DNA from: Oculina patagonica | Lineage: Eukaryota | DNA length: 64,000 bases | Assembly (NCBI RefSeq): GCF_052425735.1 | Contig: NC_135763.1 | Span: 26,102,001-26,166,000 of the forward strand | Direction: 5' to 3' | In this document: one piece after another, positions 36,400 to 49,373 of the stretch | Layout of the letters: each line of letters opens with the position of its first letter | How positions within the stretch are numbered: the first letter of the stretch is position 1 | Position numbers and translations under genes: made by a program | The notes under the pieces: generated by a model | Seen by the model: only the letters and a program-made list of their open reading frames with translations | What the model was told of the DNA's origin: nothing | The model's database searches: none

Positions 36400-39300
36400 T
36401 ACTTGGCGATGCGAACTTGGTCACCAGGCACTCAAGTACCAGGCGTCAGCTCGTCAGATCCACCATGGACACCAGGCCAGTGGCGCGAAGAGGAATCTGA
36501 TGGTTCAGCTGACGAATCGACACCTTACCCACTCAAGGTGGGTCAAATTGCATCGTTGACTGATATGAAAACAGTTGAGCAGCTTACGTTCAGGCTTGCG
36601 TCAGATTGGGAAAGTGCGTCCGCAAATGAAAAAGCGTTGTGCGAAGAAAAGTTCGATGAAGCTTGTCAAGCTGTATGCAAGGTCATTGTTAAACGCATAC
36701 AAAAACTCGTCGACGCTAGATAAAGGCGAAAACGCCCTGATAGCTGCATACAGACAAGACCCAACAAAGAATCTGAAAACACGATTTTTTAGTATTTACG
36801 CTTTCCAGTATTATTTCAGTGAGTTAAAAAAAGATGCATGGCCACTTTGAAAATCTAAGTGATCGACAGACCAAAAAGGCCAGGGCCCACGCGAAGACCG
36901 TCGGTGCTGGATTGATTCTAGAGAAAGCTCCTTTCCACAGAACCAGTATCGATTTGATGAAGCTAAAACATTTCCTATCATTTGCCGACCAACCATATTT
37001 TTACCAGGATGTTTTCTACGGGACTCGGACTTTAAAACTAGATTCCGGAGAGCAGTTAGTCATGCCCAACGTTGTGAGAACTGTCGCTAGATCAACCATG
37101 ATAGCCCAATATTTCAGCCACTGCCGTGATGAAGAATTCGAACCCCTTGGACGGTCGACTTTGTTTCAGATTTTAAAAGTAAGGGAATCATCTCAACGGA
37201 AGTCCTTACAAGGGCTCGACAATACCGCAGCAAGTGGTGCAGACGGATTCGATGCTCTGAATAAGATTATAGACAGGCTGGAGGAAAGCGGATCGCGGCC
37301 GGAATGGTGTCAAGCAACAAGGAAGGAATTGAAAGAAGGTAAGCGCTACCTTAAAACAGAATACCGAGCGCACTGTCGAGAAGGCGAGAGCCCATGCCCG
37401 GACTATTGTGGACGTTATGCTCTTAGTGATCCCCAGAGCACTGACTTCCAGGCTTCCTGCGACCACGAACACTATACACAGTGCCAACAATGTGAATCAC
37501 TCAAAAACGCAATGATCTCCATATTGATAGAGATCGAGTCACCAGATTGAAATCAGTTTGTATGGAAAAGACCAAAAGGAAGACCTGCTGTATGATGCCA
37601 AACAGGCACAGGATATGGTGCTTCAATGGAAGGCGCATATCCTTCGAACAGAGAATCAAGACCAAGCCAAACAAGATGCACTCAGGTCTCTACAAAGTGA
37701 CTCCATACTAGTGCTATTGGATTGGGCGATGAAATTCAACCAAATGAAGTGTCAAGAAAGACAGTCCGAGTGGTACGGCAAACGGGGAATGAGCTGGCAC
37801 GTCAGCTGCGTTATCTCCAAGCCTGCAGAGGGTCAAGATCAAGAGATAGTATCGTATGTCCACCTCCTGGATTACTACGCCCAGGACTGGTACGCAGTAT
37901 GTGCAATCCTAACACACCTGCTGACGACCGTCAAAGCTGAACGACCGTACGTGAATACGGCCTACATTCGTTCCGATGACGCTGGATGCTACCACAATAA
38001 TAACTTAATAGCAGCTGTGAGCGACATTGGCAAGTAGGTTGGGATACGAGTTCTGAGGTAATTACATTCCATTTGAAATAATAAAATAAACTATGGTTTT
38101 CCATGCTTGTTTGGAGAAGGGCTAAATGCTTTTAATAAGTTGATCATCAAATGGCTTGTAGTTATTGGTCAAAGATGCCCATGATATAATTCGTCCTCAT
38201 GGAGTTAGTTCTAACTTCAGGCGCCATTTTTGTTTTATAACTGGAAGGCGATTCCGAATGAACTCTGAGATATACACATAAACCACTGCCTTATTCTTTC
38301 CGTCTCTTCCTGGGCTTCCCTAAGGAACTGCTTTTCCTAACTATTAAGTCTATTAATAGTGATAGTCAGTCATAGTACGTGATATTTTGTGTCTAAATAA
38401 AGGCGATAATTTCCGGTTAGTTTACACCATGATTCTCCGCTATCCTGAACCTTCATCAGTGTGCTATTTTCAAAACGAGAGCGAGTGTTTCATTGGGGTA
38501 TCCAAACACCGAGAAACAAATGAAAGCACGAGGCCGTTGGGCGAGAATGTCTCCCCAATCCCAGGCCATATATGAGTTTATGAAATTGACCCGCAAGACT
38601 TACAGCTTTACAGGAATACTGCTATAGGATAGATATCTCTTGTATTTTGTTTTTCCAGATACGACTTCTCTGAGCCCCAGTTTGGCAAAGACGTTTGTGA
38701 TAGAATCATTAGTCCATTGAAAGGCGCACTTCGACGGTACTGTGACGAAGGCCACGACATTTTGACCACTTCAGAAATGTATCAGGCACTGCAGGCCAGG
38801 CAGGTAAAGGGAACCACCGCAGCTGTGTGCGAATTAGATTGCAGCCAAAGTATTAAAGTTAACCGCATTAGTAATTTCAGTTCATTCCATAATTTCTCGT
38901 ATGAAGCAGAGGGTGTTCGCGTCTCAAAAGCCTATGAAATTGGCCCGGGAAAATTGATACCATGGTCGCAACTCAAGGTTGAGAGACAAAGTCCAATTCT
39001 CGTGAGGGAAGTTAACGAGCAAGGCTTCTTTGCTGTTACGCCCAGGCAAATGAAGCTGTCACTGTGTGAGAAACAAGAGTCAGAGAAAGAAGCAGCATTA
39101 TTTGCATGTAAAGAGCCTGGCTGTTCTTCCGTTTTTAAAACATTTGACAAACTACAAGATCATATTCACTTTGGAGAACATGTCTCAAGTCTTCAAGCGA
39201 ATCAGGAAAGCATATACGATCGTTTACGCTGAGACTGGGCGCTCAAGTTCGCAACAATGTCCATCGATTCAAGACAGAAGTTGCTGCCAACCGAAGACTC

Positions 39301-39925
39301 TCGCCAACCTGACTCTCCCAGTGGTGTTTGCAAATGTGAGGCTAGTGGATGGGCCCTACAGAAGCCAAGGGGAGGCGGGACAAGGTTTAGCGAGAATGTC
39401 AGGTCTTACCTCACAGTACGATTTGATGTCGGCGCGCAAACAGGCCGGAAAGCAGATCCTGCTCAGGTCGCAGCAGACATGAGAACGACCAGAAATGCAA
39501 ATGACTCAAGAAGATTTTCCAGAGACGAATGGCTGACGAAAGGGCAAGTTCAGTCATTCTTTTCGAGACTATCTGCACTCAGAAGAAGAAAAGGGTCGTC
39601 TGGAGCCGAAAGTGTTGAGATTGATGACGAAGGGGATCTGCTTTTGCAAGAAGAAGCATCATTTCTGAATGATAAACGTCGGGACAAAAAGGTCGAGGAT
39701 ATTTTCAACAACGTGGGTGTAATGCATCCTATGATGTACGTTGGCTATGATATATGCGAGCAGACCAAACAAGAAGGGCACTCAAAATTCAATGTGAAAA
39801 CACTGAAAGCCATCTGCGATCATTTTGAACTGCCATTCAAATCTAAAGATACAAATGCTACCCTTGTAAACAAAATCACAGACATGGTGAAAGAATGCAG
39901 CTGCTGCCGCCGAACCACTGAATAG
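36400..39925 (+). pseudogene. Sola3-like DDD transposase, main body, disrupted (copy B)
   Basis: YQDVFYGTRTLKLDSGE..MPNVVRT, RKSLQGLDN, LLDWAMKF, RSDDAGCYH, KDVCDR; intron 38058-38658; several frameshifts and a TAG at 38035-38037; 5' boundary approximate. Confidence 0.7.
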
Positions 39926-40282
39926 CCATATAACTTTATGGCCGGGGAGGATGTACTCGGAAGTTTTGGTGGACGTTTCACGTCCTTTGAGTCTGCTGTG
40001 GACAAAGTTTCCAAGCACCAGTCGAATAAATCGCAATTTATAACTTGACAAAAACCTTGGAAAGGATGTGCCCTGTAAGCTTTGTTTACCGATAGTTGTA
40101 AATAAGAAAAGGGAAAAAGTTGTGCACGCGGTCATGTTCTCATTTGGAGTCGTTGTTAAGGATAACAGTTTATTAAATTTGATGTTTTAACGATAAGAGA
40201 AAGAAAAGTTACAAAATGCATAAACCAGGAGCAAGGTGGAATTATTGTGTAAAACACATGTCACGAAAACAGCAGTAAGATC

Positions 40283-40477
40283 TATATACATTTCGCCGAT
40301 AAAAGGTTAAAAATAAAACTTAAGGTAAAAGCTGTTAAAATTGATGCTAAACGTTTTCGATCTGTTCGATCATCATCAGAGTGATGATCATCATCAGAGT
40401 CACCTCTGATGATGATCGAACAGATCGAAAACGTTTAGCATCAATTTTAACAGCTTTTACCTTAAGTTTTATTTTTA
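40283..40477. mobile_element. Palindromic Penelope-like remnant with hammerhead-like core
   Basis: ~74-bp perfect inverted arms; CTGATGA-tgatcgaacagatc-GAAA-acgt; flanked by the 12-bp direct repeat AGCAGTAAGATC. Confidence 0.6.
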
Positions 40478-41572
40478 AGCAGTAAGATCGTTTTTGTGAT
40501 TGTAGGTGAGCTCAAGTACCGAGTAATTTCTGTTAATTAATTAGTTTTAGCTACAAGTAGTGTGGTGTTTGCCATGTTCATACGGGTGGACCATAACATT
40601 ACTGTTGAAACCGAGAGGGAGTTGCATGAATTTGATATTTTGATGTAAAATTCATTCATCTGGATATTTATTTGGGTATTTGTCCACTTTCCTCCCCCCC
40701 CCCCCCCCCCTCCTCCCGCAACACTTATCAACGGCCACCGCTTACTAAAAGAAAGCCATTGGTATACGGATTGTCAGTGATGTTTTCATGGATAATGCGA
40801 GATTAATTTAAATACTGGATTAATTTCGTTCAGGTGATGCGATAAGGTTGGACTATAATTGAGTAGGGAAGAGCTTTATCGTTTTTGCGATGTAAACAAA
40901 CAAAGCTGTAATCGACAGCCCGCTGTAAATAAGATAGATCAATAATTGTTTTTATCACATTTTTTTCGCTTTAATGTTTTGTTTAGAAACTAACAAAGGC
41001 TTAGAAGAAAACATGCTTGTTATTCTGAAGAGGCATAAAATGAATCTGAGATGTTAAGTCATACAGTTTTCGTTGGACATTGCGTGTAACCGTCGAACGA
41101 GTATTTCAGATGTAAATATTGACCAAGAAGCTCCTAACCACTTGTTCGCGTGCAAAGCAAAATGATACCTTCACCTTTGAGTTTGTTTTATGTCAGAATA
41201 AGGTAAAGGCCTCCAGTTGCCGAGTGTCTAAACTTAAGAAGGACAATGTTTGAGAAAAAGTAAGTTTTAATCCTTGAGATAATTTTGACTTTGCTGAAAT
41301 CGACAACCGTTGTAAATGAGCAAAATTTGCATATTGTGCGAGGGGACGAAGGATTCCTATTTATGGCATTTCAGCCGTTTTTATTTATACAAACTAAAAC
41401 GGCCATAAAAACCAAAAGTACTCGTTTTTCGAGGATGTACAGCAAGACTCTGAGGTGCTGGATAAAATATTTCTATCTAATCACATGCGCTGGGCATAAA
41501 CCGTCAAACGAGCAATCTAATGTAAATATTGCCAAAACGAGCTCTTAAAAACGTTTGTTCGCGTCCAAAGTA

Positions 41573-41718
41573 GGCTCTTTCTACGTGTAGAAGCACATAA
41601 CACGTCACAATAGCATACTGCATCGCAAACCTTTTGTTTTTATTATATTCCTCGTTCTTTTGTCCTTTTGTTCTCTATTGTTATAGGTGAACTGTGTCTT
41701 CTACACGAAGTAAGAGCC
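41573..41718. mobile_element. MITE with 8-bp TSD and GG termini (Merlin-like)
   Basis: TSD CCAAAGTA; TIR GGCTCTTTCTACGTGTAGAAG / CTTCTACACGAAGTAAGAGCC; empty site in copy A ~9304. Confidence 0.85.
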
Positions 41719-42435
41719 CCAAAGTAGAACGATACCCGGACTTTTTAATTTATTTTCTATTAGAATAGGGTTAGATCTTTGCCGTGAAGTGCATTTTACC
41801 TGTGATTTTTGTACCGCTTTGGAGATTTTGGCTTTTACTTTTGAGGAATCTGTCATGCGAGAAAAGATACCGCAAACCGCGTTGTCTTTGATTTAATTAA
41901 GTTAATTTAATTTTTCATCAAATAATTCGATATTCCTTGATAAGATAAGGTAAATGCGGCTTAATGTAATGTATTATTTAAAATTTAGCGATATTTATCC
42001 GTTTCGAAGAAAGGCAGCTTTTAAAATCGCCGAATTCCGGCCATCGAATAACCCTGAAAACCGCTCTCAGATAGTAAAATACGTTTTGTCCTGTAGCGAA
42101 GCACAGAAAAAGTTTCTGGAAAAAAAATTAGATCGATTTTAATCATTTCACATTAAGTCCTTTTCAGTCACAAAAAATAAAGGGAAGGTTTACTCGCGAC
42201 CCGAAAGTCGCCAGACCGCTGTTAGGTGGACAGCCACTTAAGCATTGGCTACCTGTGGTTATGCTATAACTTCTTTGTTATCGAAACTATTTTGCAGAGG
42301 TCTATGACAAAAATCACTTACCTCTTCCGTCTGTTATTGAAAACGCCCCCTCACGTTCGTCGCTGATATAAAGGGAAGCTACGCCTTTTCAGCAGTGTTA
42401 ATTTCTTAAAAGCGGTACTCACTTCAAGTCAAGCC

Positions 42436-45400
42436 ATGGTGTTTTCAATGAAGGAAGGCGTGTTCTTGCTGGTTTGCTTATGCTTGATGCATGATGGGGC
42501 GAAAGGTATGCACACTGTTTTGTTTCTCAATTCTTTCATTACATCTACAGCATTAATTATACTGTTTTAAAATAGTTTGTTTCAGCCCCATTAAGAGTAT
42601 GAACTAAAGCGTTTGAAAGTGTTTGTGCAAACATTACGATTTGATCGGAGGCGGTTTCCATTTATTATTTGATTTTACTGGACCAAAGAACCGGACAAGA
42701 ACTCAATATCTATATCAGATGAAAGTGGAATTTGATAATTCGTATTCTCGGTTCACCTTGATTTTGCTATTTAGAGGTTTGTTTATTTCAAGTACATTAC
42801 TTGCACTGGTTCGCAACTGGTTATGAAATTTTAGAAATCTAGAACCCTCGGCCTTCCTGTTTTATAGTTCACGACAACCTTTTTAATTTTGGTGCAGACT
42901 TTACGACCTACACTTTGCATACCCCTTCCTATTATTGCTTTTTATATAAGAAACTACAAGGAATAATTATAATCTGTTGCAATTTTGATGCTCCGTCTAC
43001 GCTTTAATTCAGATAATTGACTTTCAAATAAACCAAGCGTGTGCTATTATCCTTACTACAACTGCTCAAGATTACAAAAATAGAAGCCTGTTGAAATAGC
43101 CAAATCAAAAGCATGCGGCATGAAAATTCAGTTTTGTGCTTGTATAGCCTTTTTTCTAAAACAATTTCGACAATAAGTTATACCTAAGTTTCTCCTTTTT
43201 AATAAAGACAGAGAAAAAAGGCTCTACGCTATGGTATTCAAGTCACGTTCAACGACGTCGTTGTGTGTTTTAACATGTTCCGTGCAACAAAGAGATCAAT
43301 GACCCGAACAACCTATCTTGTCAGCGATAAGCGAGGCACCTGAAAAGTCAAGAATTTGCTGATTGCTTTTTATCTTGGCTGACATGAATGAATGTTAATT
43401 GATTCATCGACCTATTGTGACTTGCCTGTATTGATCACGTTTTCAGTACGATTCAGTACGATTGTGATATCTGAGCCACACTTCCAACTGAGAAAAATGA
43501 ACAAAAAATCCGGAGATAAATTGTGAGGGAATCATATGGCATGGAATGAAATATTTTCTGAATAATCGGGCAAATACTACAAGAGCATAGCCCGAGCAAA
43601 ACCAGTTATAATAAAGATGCAATTCAAATCAGAAATGCATTGATGTTTGCTTATCAGATTGGCCAACAGAGGCCGATGTTACGCAATGTAATGGAAGACT
43701 TTTCAAATTCTTTGTAGGTAGAGTAAGATCGATTACTTTGTTGAGCGTGTATCTCGGGTTAAATATTTTTACTGTGTAGGATTCACTCCATCATTTTTGC
43801 TTGCTGATGTAGGGAAACAAATCTTAAAGTCATGACAATCAGGGAACACTGCCAATGCGAATGCGTAACAGCAAATTGAGCCGGTTTTTAAACAGCGAGC
43901 ACCAGTCTTTGTCTGAAACGGCGGTATTTTGGTTTTAAAACATAACATCGGTGCGTTTGTAGGCGATCAGTCCTTCTAGTCATCCTGGACGATGAATGTG
44001 GAAAGCGGAAAATACTGACAAGGATGTGATGCTCAGACGTGTTACTTTTGTTTATTGTTTGTTCTGCATTAATCAAAATATCTAAACAATAACGTCACAA
44101 GGACTCCTCGAGTTGACTGAGTAGATACAGAAGAGGGTAATCGGCTGTTTGAAGAGAAAATGTGTTTATGCAGAAAACAATAGAGTCGTGCAATGGTACG
44201 CCCTATGACGTACATGCCCGTTGTTTAATTGTTCAAACATTAGGGAGGTTATCATCGTCAGCATCTTGGCAACATTACTCACTCCATCAACCACTGGCTT
44301 TAATTGCAAATAAAAATAAATTCCGAAACAAACCACAATTATTTGTAGTAATTTAATCGATATAATCTTAGACAAAAAGAACTCGGTATTGTGACACTAC
44401 ATTACACTAGACTGTGGAGACGTTGGAAGCAATGACATTTACCATTTAAATGCTTGACTGTTTTGTTCTTTTTTGCAATGTATCTTTCCGTCATTATGCT
44501 TTCTTGAACTTGTAGCTTAAATAGTGAAAAATTCAAGGAATCTTCAACCAAGTTACATTTGTAGATGAAATACTTTGCCACTAACAAAGCCAAGCTCGGC
44601 GCTTAATGGTGTTTAAATAAGTAAACAGTTCCATGTAAAAAAGTGGAGTCAGTTAAGGGCATTCCACTGAAGTAGAACCTGCACTGAGATTTTTGCCAAA
44701 CAATTCCTATTGGTTGTTTTTGTAATAGGAACTTAAATTTTGAAATAAAAACGGGGAGTGCCCATGCTCGCTTGGGAACAACAGCACCTTGTTTATACCC
44801 AATAAATACCAGTTATGCAACGCTTTCGAGTGGTATACTATGGAATATCCCACGAGTCACTTGTATTTTCTCGGTATACACACGAGCCTTTAGGCGAGTG
44901 TGTATACCAAGAAAATACAAGTGACAAGTAACTATTTTATGCCATGCCATAGAAAATACGCTTACTAAATTTCGTCGAGAATACAATCGCAGCGCACAAT
45001 GGAAAGGTTGGGTTGAATACCGTCGAATATACAACAGCTTTCCTGTATTCAGATTGGCTGTATTCTCTATGGCATGGTATAAATCCTTATAATATCACCA
45101 TGATTATAGTCACGTTCCGACGATTATTTCTTATTCTACACTAAGAATTAGTCCATATTTAATCTACGAAAGAAAGTTACTACTCAAATAAAATCAACAG
45201 AAAAAGATATAGGTCACCGTACTCGTTTACGAGAAAATGACGAATTTACATCTCTGGCGAGTTCCAGCCGTAAAGAAAGCCGCCATTTTTTGGCGCGCGT
45301 GCGTGCGCTAATCACGCGTGGAATTGTGCGAAGTAGGGATGCGCAATGCAATACTTTGGAATGAACTTTAGTGAATATTTTGGTTGGTGGTTTCTCTCCA

Positions 45401-48400
45401 GAATAAGGTTGCGTGAGAGCATTTTAAAAACATGTGCTCAGTTGTATGTCTTTCTTTTTTTACATAGATAGCATTAATTGTCAGATACAAGATTTGCTTT
45501 TTTAAGTTTGTCTTTGGTACATAGAATGTTGTCTAATATTAAATTCGCACATTATTAACTTTGTGTTCTTAGTTAGAGCGGTTTTCACTTGAGTGTCGAA
45601 AGTTAATTGCGTTTGCTTTGGTTTTGCATTGCTACGCTTAGTGATTGGCTTAAAAATCTCGCGCCACTTTCTCAGCCAATCAGAACTTAAACCCAAACCA
45701 ATCATGACTCGCTCGCGCACGTTTTCCCGCGCTTCGTGCCGGCTACATGTATTTGCCTTGAGTTTTGATTGGTTCACTGGATTGTCTGTGTCCTTTTTGA
45801 TTGGCTAGAGTAATTACTTTGGTTTTGGTTTTACGACACTCAATTGAAAACTGCTCTATAGAAAATGGCCAATTGTATATTTTTTGCATATCAGAGTCTT
45901 CCAATTCGTAGCTAGTTTGACTTTGGATTGACGATATTTTCCATTTGCTTTTGATTGCACTAAGATAACCGTAAAATGAAGTGAAATTTGTCCTTAGGTT
46001 AAATCAACTAATGATTGCTGATACGTTTTAGCAATTTTTCTCTGATATCAACTACGAGGTGTTTAACATTTTAAGATGGTTTCCGCCCAACATTCGAGCA
46101 ATACAGGCAAAAAAAAGTTACCAAAAAGAACTCTTAGCATGGTAACAGTTTAAGTACAGCTAACAAAAACCTGCCAAAAATTTAGCACTCAAGCTAACCC
46201 CGCGAGAGAAAAATGGATTTGAAATTGTCAATATTTCAGTTAAAACGGAGGTTTTACGCCATCTCAAAACAAAATGGCGCACGTTTTAAACATTTTTACG
46301 AGGTTTGACTTCAATTTTCTCGAGAATGCTTTAGAATTTAATTACGGGGTCACTAAGACAAATGAATTTCGATAAGATCTTTTAAATAGTATATAAAATG
46401 TTGCCGTACTATGAGTAGATTTTTGGTACTTAATTTTCGCACTCATTGCTCGAACGTTGAGCGGAATCCGTCTTAAACACGTGCCTCGGGCCATGACCTG
46501 AAAAAAAAAACGGTCTTGATACAATTTTTATATCGTTTATATTTATATCTCATTTTTAAACCGCCATCGTTTTTGTCTTCGATTAATTAATGTGTTCTTT
46601 TTTATTAAGCGATGACGTGTAACTGATGACGTCATCGCTTTAATGCAGGCACCCGATCGACCGGATCCGTTTAGCTCAAACGAACAGAAATCAAGTTTAA
46701 CTTAATAACAAGAAATCGCCGCGTGGAACACAAAAGCAAAATACTCCCGTGCAGTAAGAATGGGACCCTAAAATGTATAAACGAAAGAGACTAAATTTTA
46801 TGTGATGGGATCTATTAGATTTGGTAGACAGAGATTTCTAATTCTTAGAAGATACAGGGCCACTGTAAGCAAGAGACCGTTTGACCTTTCTCGCAGCTTA
46901 AAAGCTAGCTCCCGCGTATCGTATGTCGTTTATCGCAAGTCACGCTATAAGACCTATAATATAACGTAATCTTTGTTGAGACAACATAGGGAAATCAAAA
47001 AATATATATATATAACTGTAGTTGTACAATTGAGCAAATCTACGAAGAAAATGTATTTTTAACCCCTTGTGAAACGTCATCGCTTCAGCATGTATTGCAT
47101 GCCGTTTATCTTATGTGGTTTGTTATCCCATATAAAGTCGAAAGCAACCTTATCGACCTTTTCTGGAGAAGTTTCCAGACAATGTTAGAACCGAAGCGTT
47201 GTAGAATAACTTAGACAATCCCAGTGTTTTGACAATGTTAATTTTCCCAAGCAAGGTTAATTTTTTTCTTCTTTTCCAAGAATTAAGAATTTTCTTTAGG
47301 TCTTCTAGTTTCTTTTCGAAATTAAGTCTATCAGTTGAGGTGCTATCGTTGGAGAAGTGAATACCCAGGGCATATACAATTTTTTTTGCCCGTCGAAACC
47401 CAAACGGTGTGTCTTTCCTCGATGTCCAAGAGCCTAGCCACATGTTTTTTTTTATGATTTGTTTAGTTCTAACTCTGAGCGACTTTTAAATTTTTCAAAC
47501 GTCTCGAGTAACGCCTGCACTGAGTCTAGTCCCTAAGGAGAATTGTAGTGTCATCTGCATATTAGTTGTTTTTAATTTCGTTATTCCCAACCTTTATTCC
47601 CTTGATGTTGCTTTTTGTTTGATTTGCGAGATTGAGTAAGTTTAGTTTATTTATGAAAAAGCTATTAAGCCAGATATACATAAATATTAATATTATCTTG
47701 CCTTAGTATATTGTTTCCAGTTTATTTTCGTCATTAGTAAAATCAATTTTTAAATTCTAGCTTCAGCCCGGATATCAGCTGTTACATGGGAATTAAATTT
47801 TTGAATAAATAAATTAAAAAAAACTGATTTTAATTAATTAGTGCAACGAGCAGATCCCGTATTTGTCAGTCATTTTCCGATCTTATAATAAGAATGTATA
47901 ATCTTGTTACTGTTTTTGACGAGATAAGTTTCATTTAGACTGTATCGTATACTGAAGTGCTGAAAAATAATAAACTTTGAATTATAAACATGGCAAGCTG
48001 AAATTGAATATAACCCCCGCTAATTCGAACTGTCTTTCGTTTCCATTCAGAGTTCGAGTTACCGGGCTTCTACTGTACTTCTTTTTTTTTTTAATATATC
48101 TCTTGAAAGGCATTTTAAAAAACTACAGCAGCTCCTTTTCTTTTCATTTTAAAGAATTATGAATTTAAGTCAAAAACATTTTTTTACAGTGACTGGAGAT
48201 CCAAGGAATTGCGTTTTCCCTTTCAACTATGACGGCAAGACGTATAACAAATGTACCTATGCCGACAGCGGAAATAATTATCCGTGGTGTGCATACGATC
48301 GTGTATACAGTTGGCTTCGATGGGATTATTGCGGTAAGGAACAAACCTAAGCTGTTGTAAACTATTTATCATTAAAATAGAACACTTATGTGAATTTAAG

Positions 48401-49081
48401 CCGATGTAATAAGAGGGGCAGCTTCGAGCCAAAGTGGCGCATACTGCCGGAGCTGATCGCGGTTTCTTTAACATTAAGTAGCTAGGAGTATTTCTACTCC
48501 CCCCTGGATGGGATGCTAGTCCATCGCAGGGTACCCCCCCCCCCCCCCTACGTACTGTGTACTGTAGACATCATTGTTCTGCAATAATTGTTTTATACCA
48601 CAACCTCAGACAAAAGTTTTTGGAACGTTTAAAATGCTTAAAATTTATCACTGTCACGTGCAAAAATTTTCAGAAGTCCCCTCCCCTCTTTCAATATCGA
48701 ACCCTTCGTGGATAAGGATTGTATCCGCAATATGTTGAGGAGGGGGCAAAAAGGAACCAACGCAACTTGGGCAATTATACCAACATCATTGACGCGGGTG
48801 TGGATAGATTTGAATGAACTCCATGATAAATTTCGATTTGAAACCAATGTAGGACCGAAATTGGGCAAATGTGAGGCCAAAGTATTATTTTGCTATATAT
48901 AATTATTTCAGCATTCGTTTCTAACTAGAATTTCCTGTTTCAATTATTCCTAGAGTGTAGCGCACAAGAAAAAAGATACTGTAGCGATAGAAACCAGTCG
49001 TGCAAACCAGCTGGCGATGACCGTCCCTGGCAATGCGTCAGCGTGGGTACCCATTTTCGACCTAGACCTGGAAGACGCTAA
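42436..49081 (+). CDS. Secreted FN2-domain / 4-Cys / RP-amide-tail protein, copy B (exons 42436-42505, 48190-48333, 48954-49081; 113 aa)
   Basis: Same exon structure as copy A; exon 3 reads [42 protein letters not shown]; AATAAA ~49438. Confidence 0.8.
44808..45078. mobile_element. Crypton-like short element with internal hairpin
   Basis: Flanked by the 6-bp direct repeat ATAAAT; ACCA..TGGT ends; hairpin gtcacttgtattttctcggtatacacac / gtgtgtataccaagaaaatacaagtgac; absent in copy A ~14763. Confidence 0.7.
46075..46472. mobile_element. Kolobok-like MITE
   Basis: TTAA TSD; TIR GATGGTTTCCGCCCAACATTCGAGCAAT / ATTGCTCGAACGTTGAGCGGAATCCGTC; absent in copy A ~15860. Confidence 0.85.
46605..47110 (+). 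mobile_element. Helentron-associated non-autonomous element (HINE-like)
   Basis: 5' subTIR AAGCGATGACGT with an adjacent inverted copy; 3' subTIR ACGTCATCGCTT followed by stem-loop GCATGTATTGCATGC; inserted in a T-run without TSD; absent in copy A ~15996. Confidence 0.75.
47120..47620 (-). mobile_element. L1/Tx1-like LINE reverse transcriptase fragment
   Basis: Minus strand reads [60 protein letters not shown]. Confidence 0.8.
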
Positions 49082-49154
49082 GGCCACAAACCCTTCCACC
49101 TGCTTATTTTAAGTCTTTCTTGCATTGTTACAGTATAACAATTGTCGACAACAC

Positions 49155-49373
49155 AAGTCGTAGCACCATCAAGCCTTGCAGAACGAAGCGTTCTCAGGAC
49201 TTCGTCACTTTTCGCTATTAATCTCGAACTAGCTTGTTTATAATAGAACCTTATATTGTATATACAGTATATTGTGATTAATAGTTTATATTTATACCTT
49301 AGCTTGTTTTTTTTTACTCTGTAATTCAGTTACACTGCAATGAGTGTCTATTAAACATTATTATTATTATTAT
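49155..49373 (+). mobile_element. 5'-truncated CR1/L2-like LINE 3' end in the 3' UTR of the copy B gene
   Basis: Absent in copy A; short coding remnant PCRTKRSQDF; (ATT)n tail; imperfect aacac/aacag flanks. Confidence 0.6.

Noticed and set aside
40106-41308. 1.2-kb copy-B-only segment as an insertion with 9-bp TSD GTTGTAAAT
   Set aside because: No TIRs or tail; a microhomology-mediated deletion in copy A is simpler
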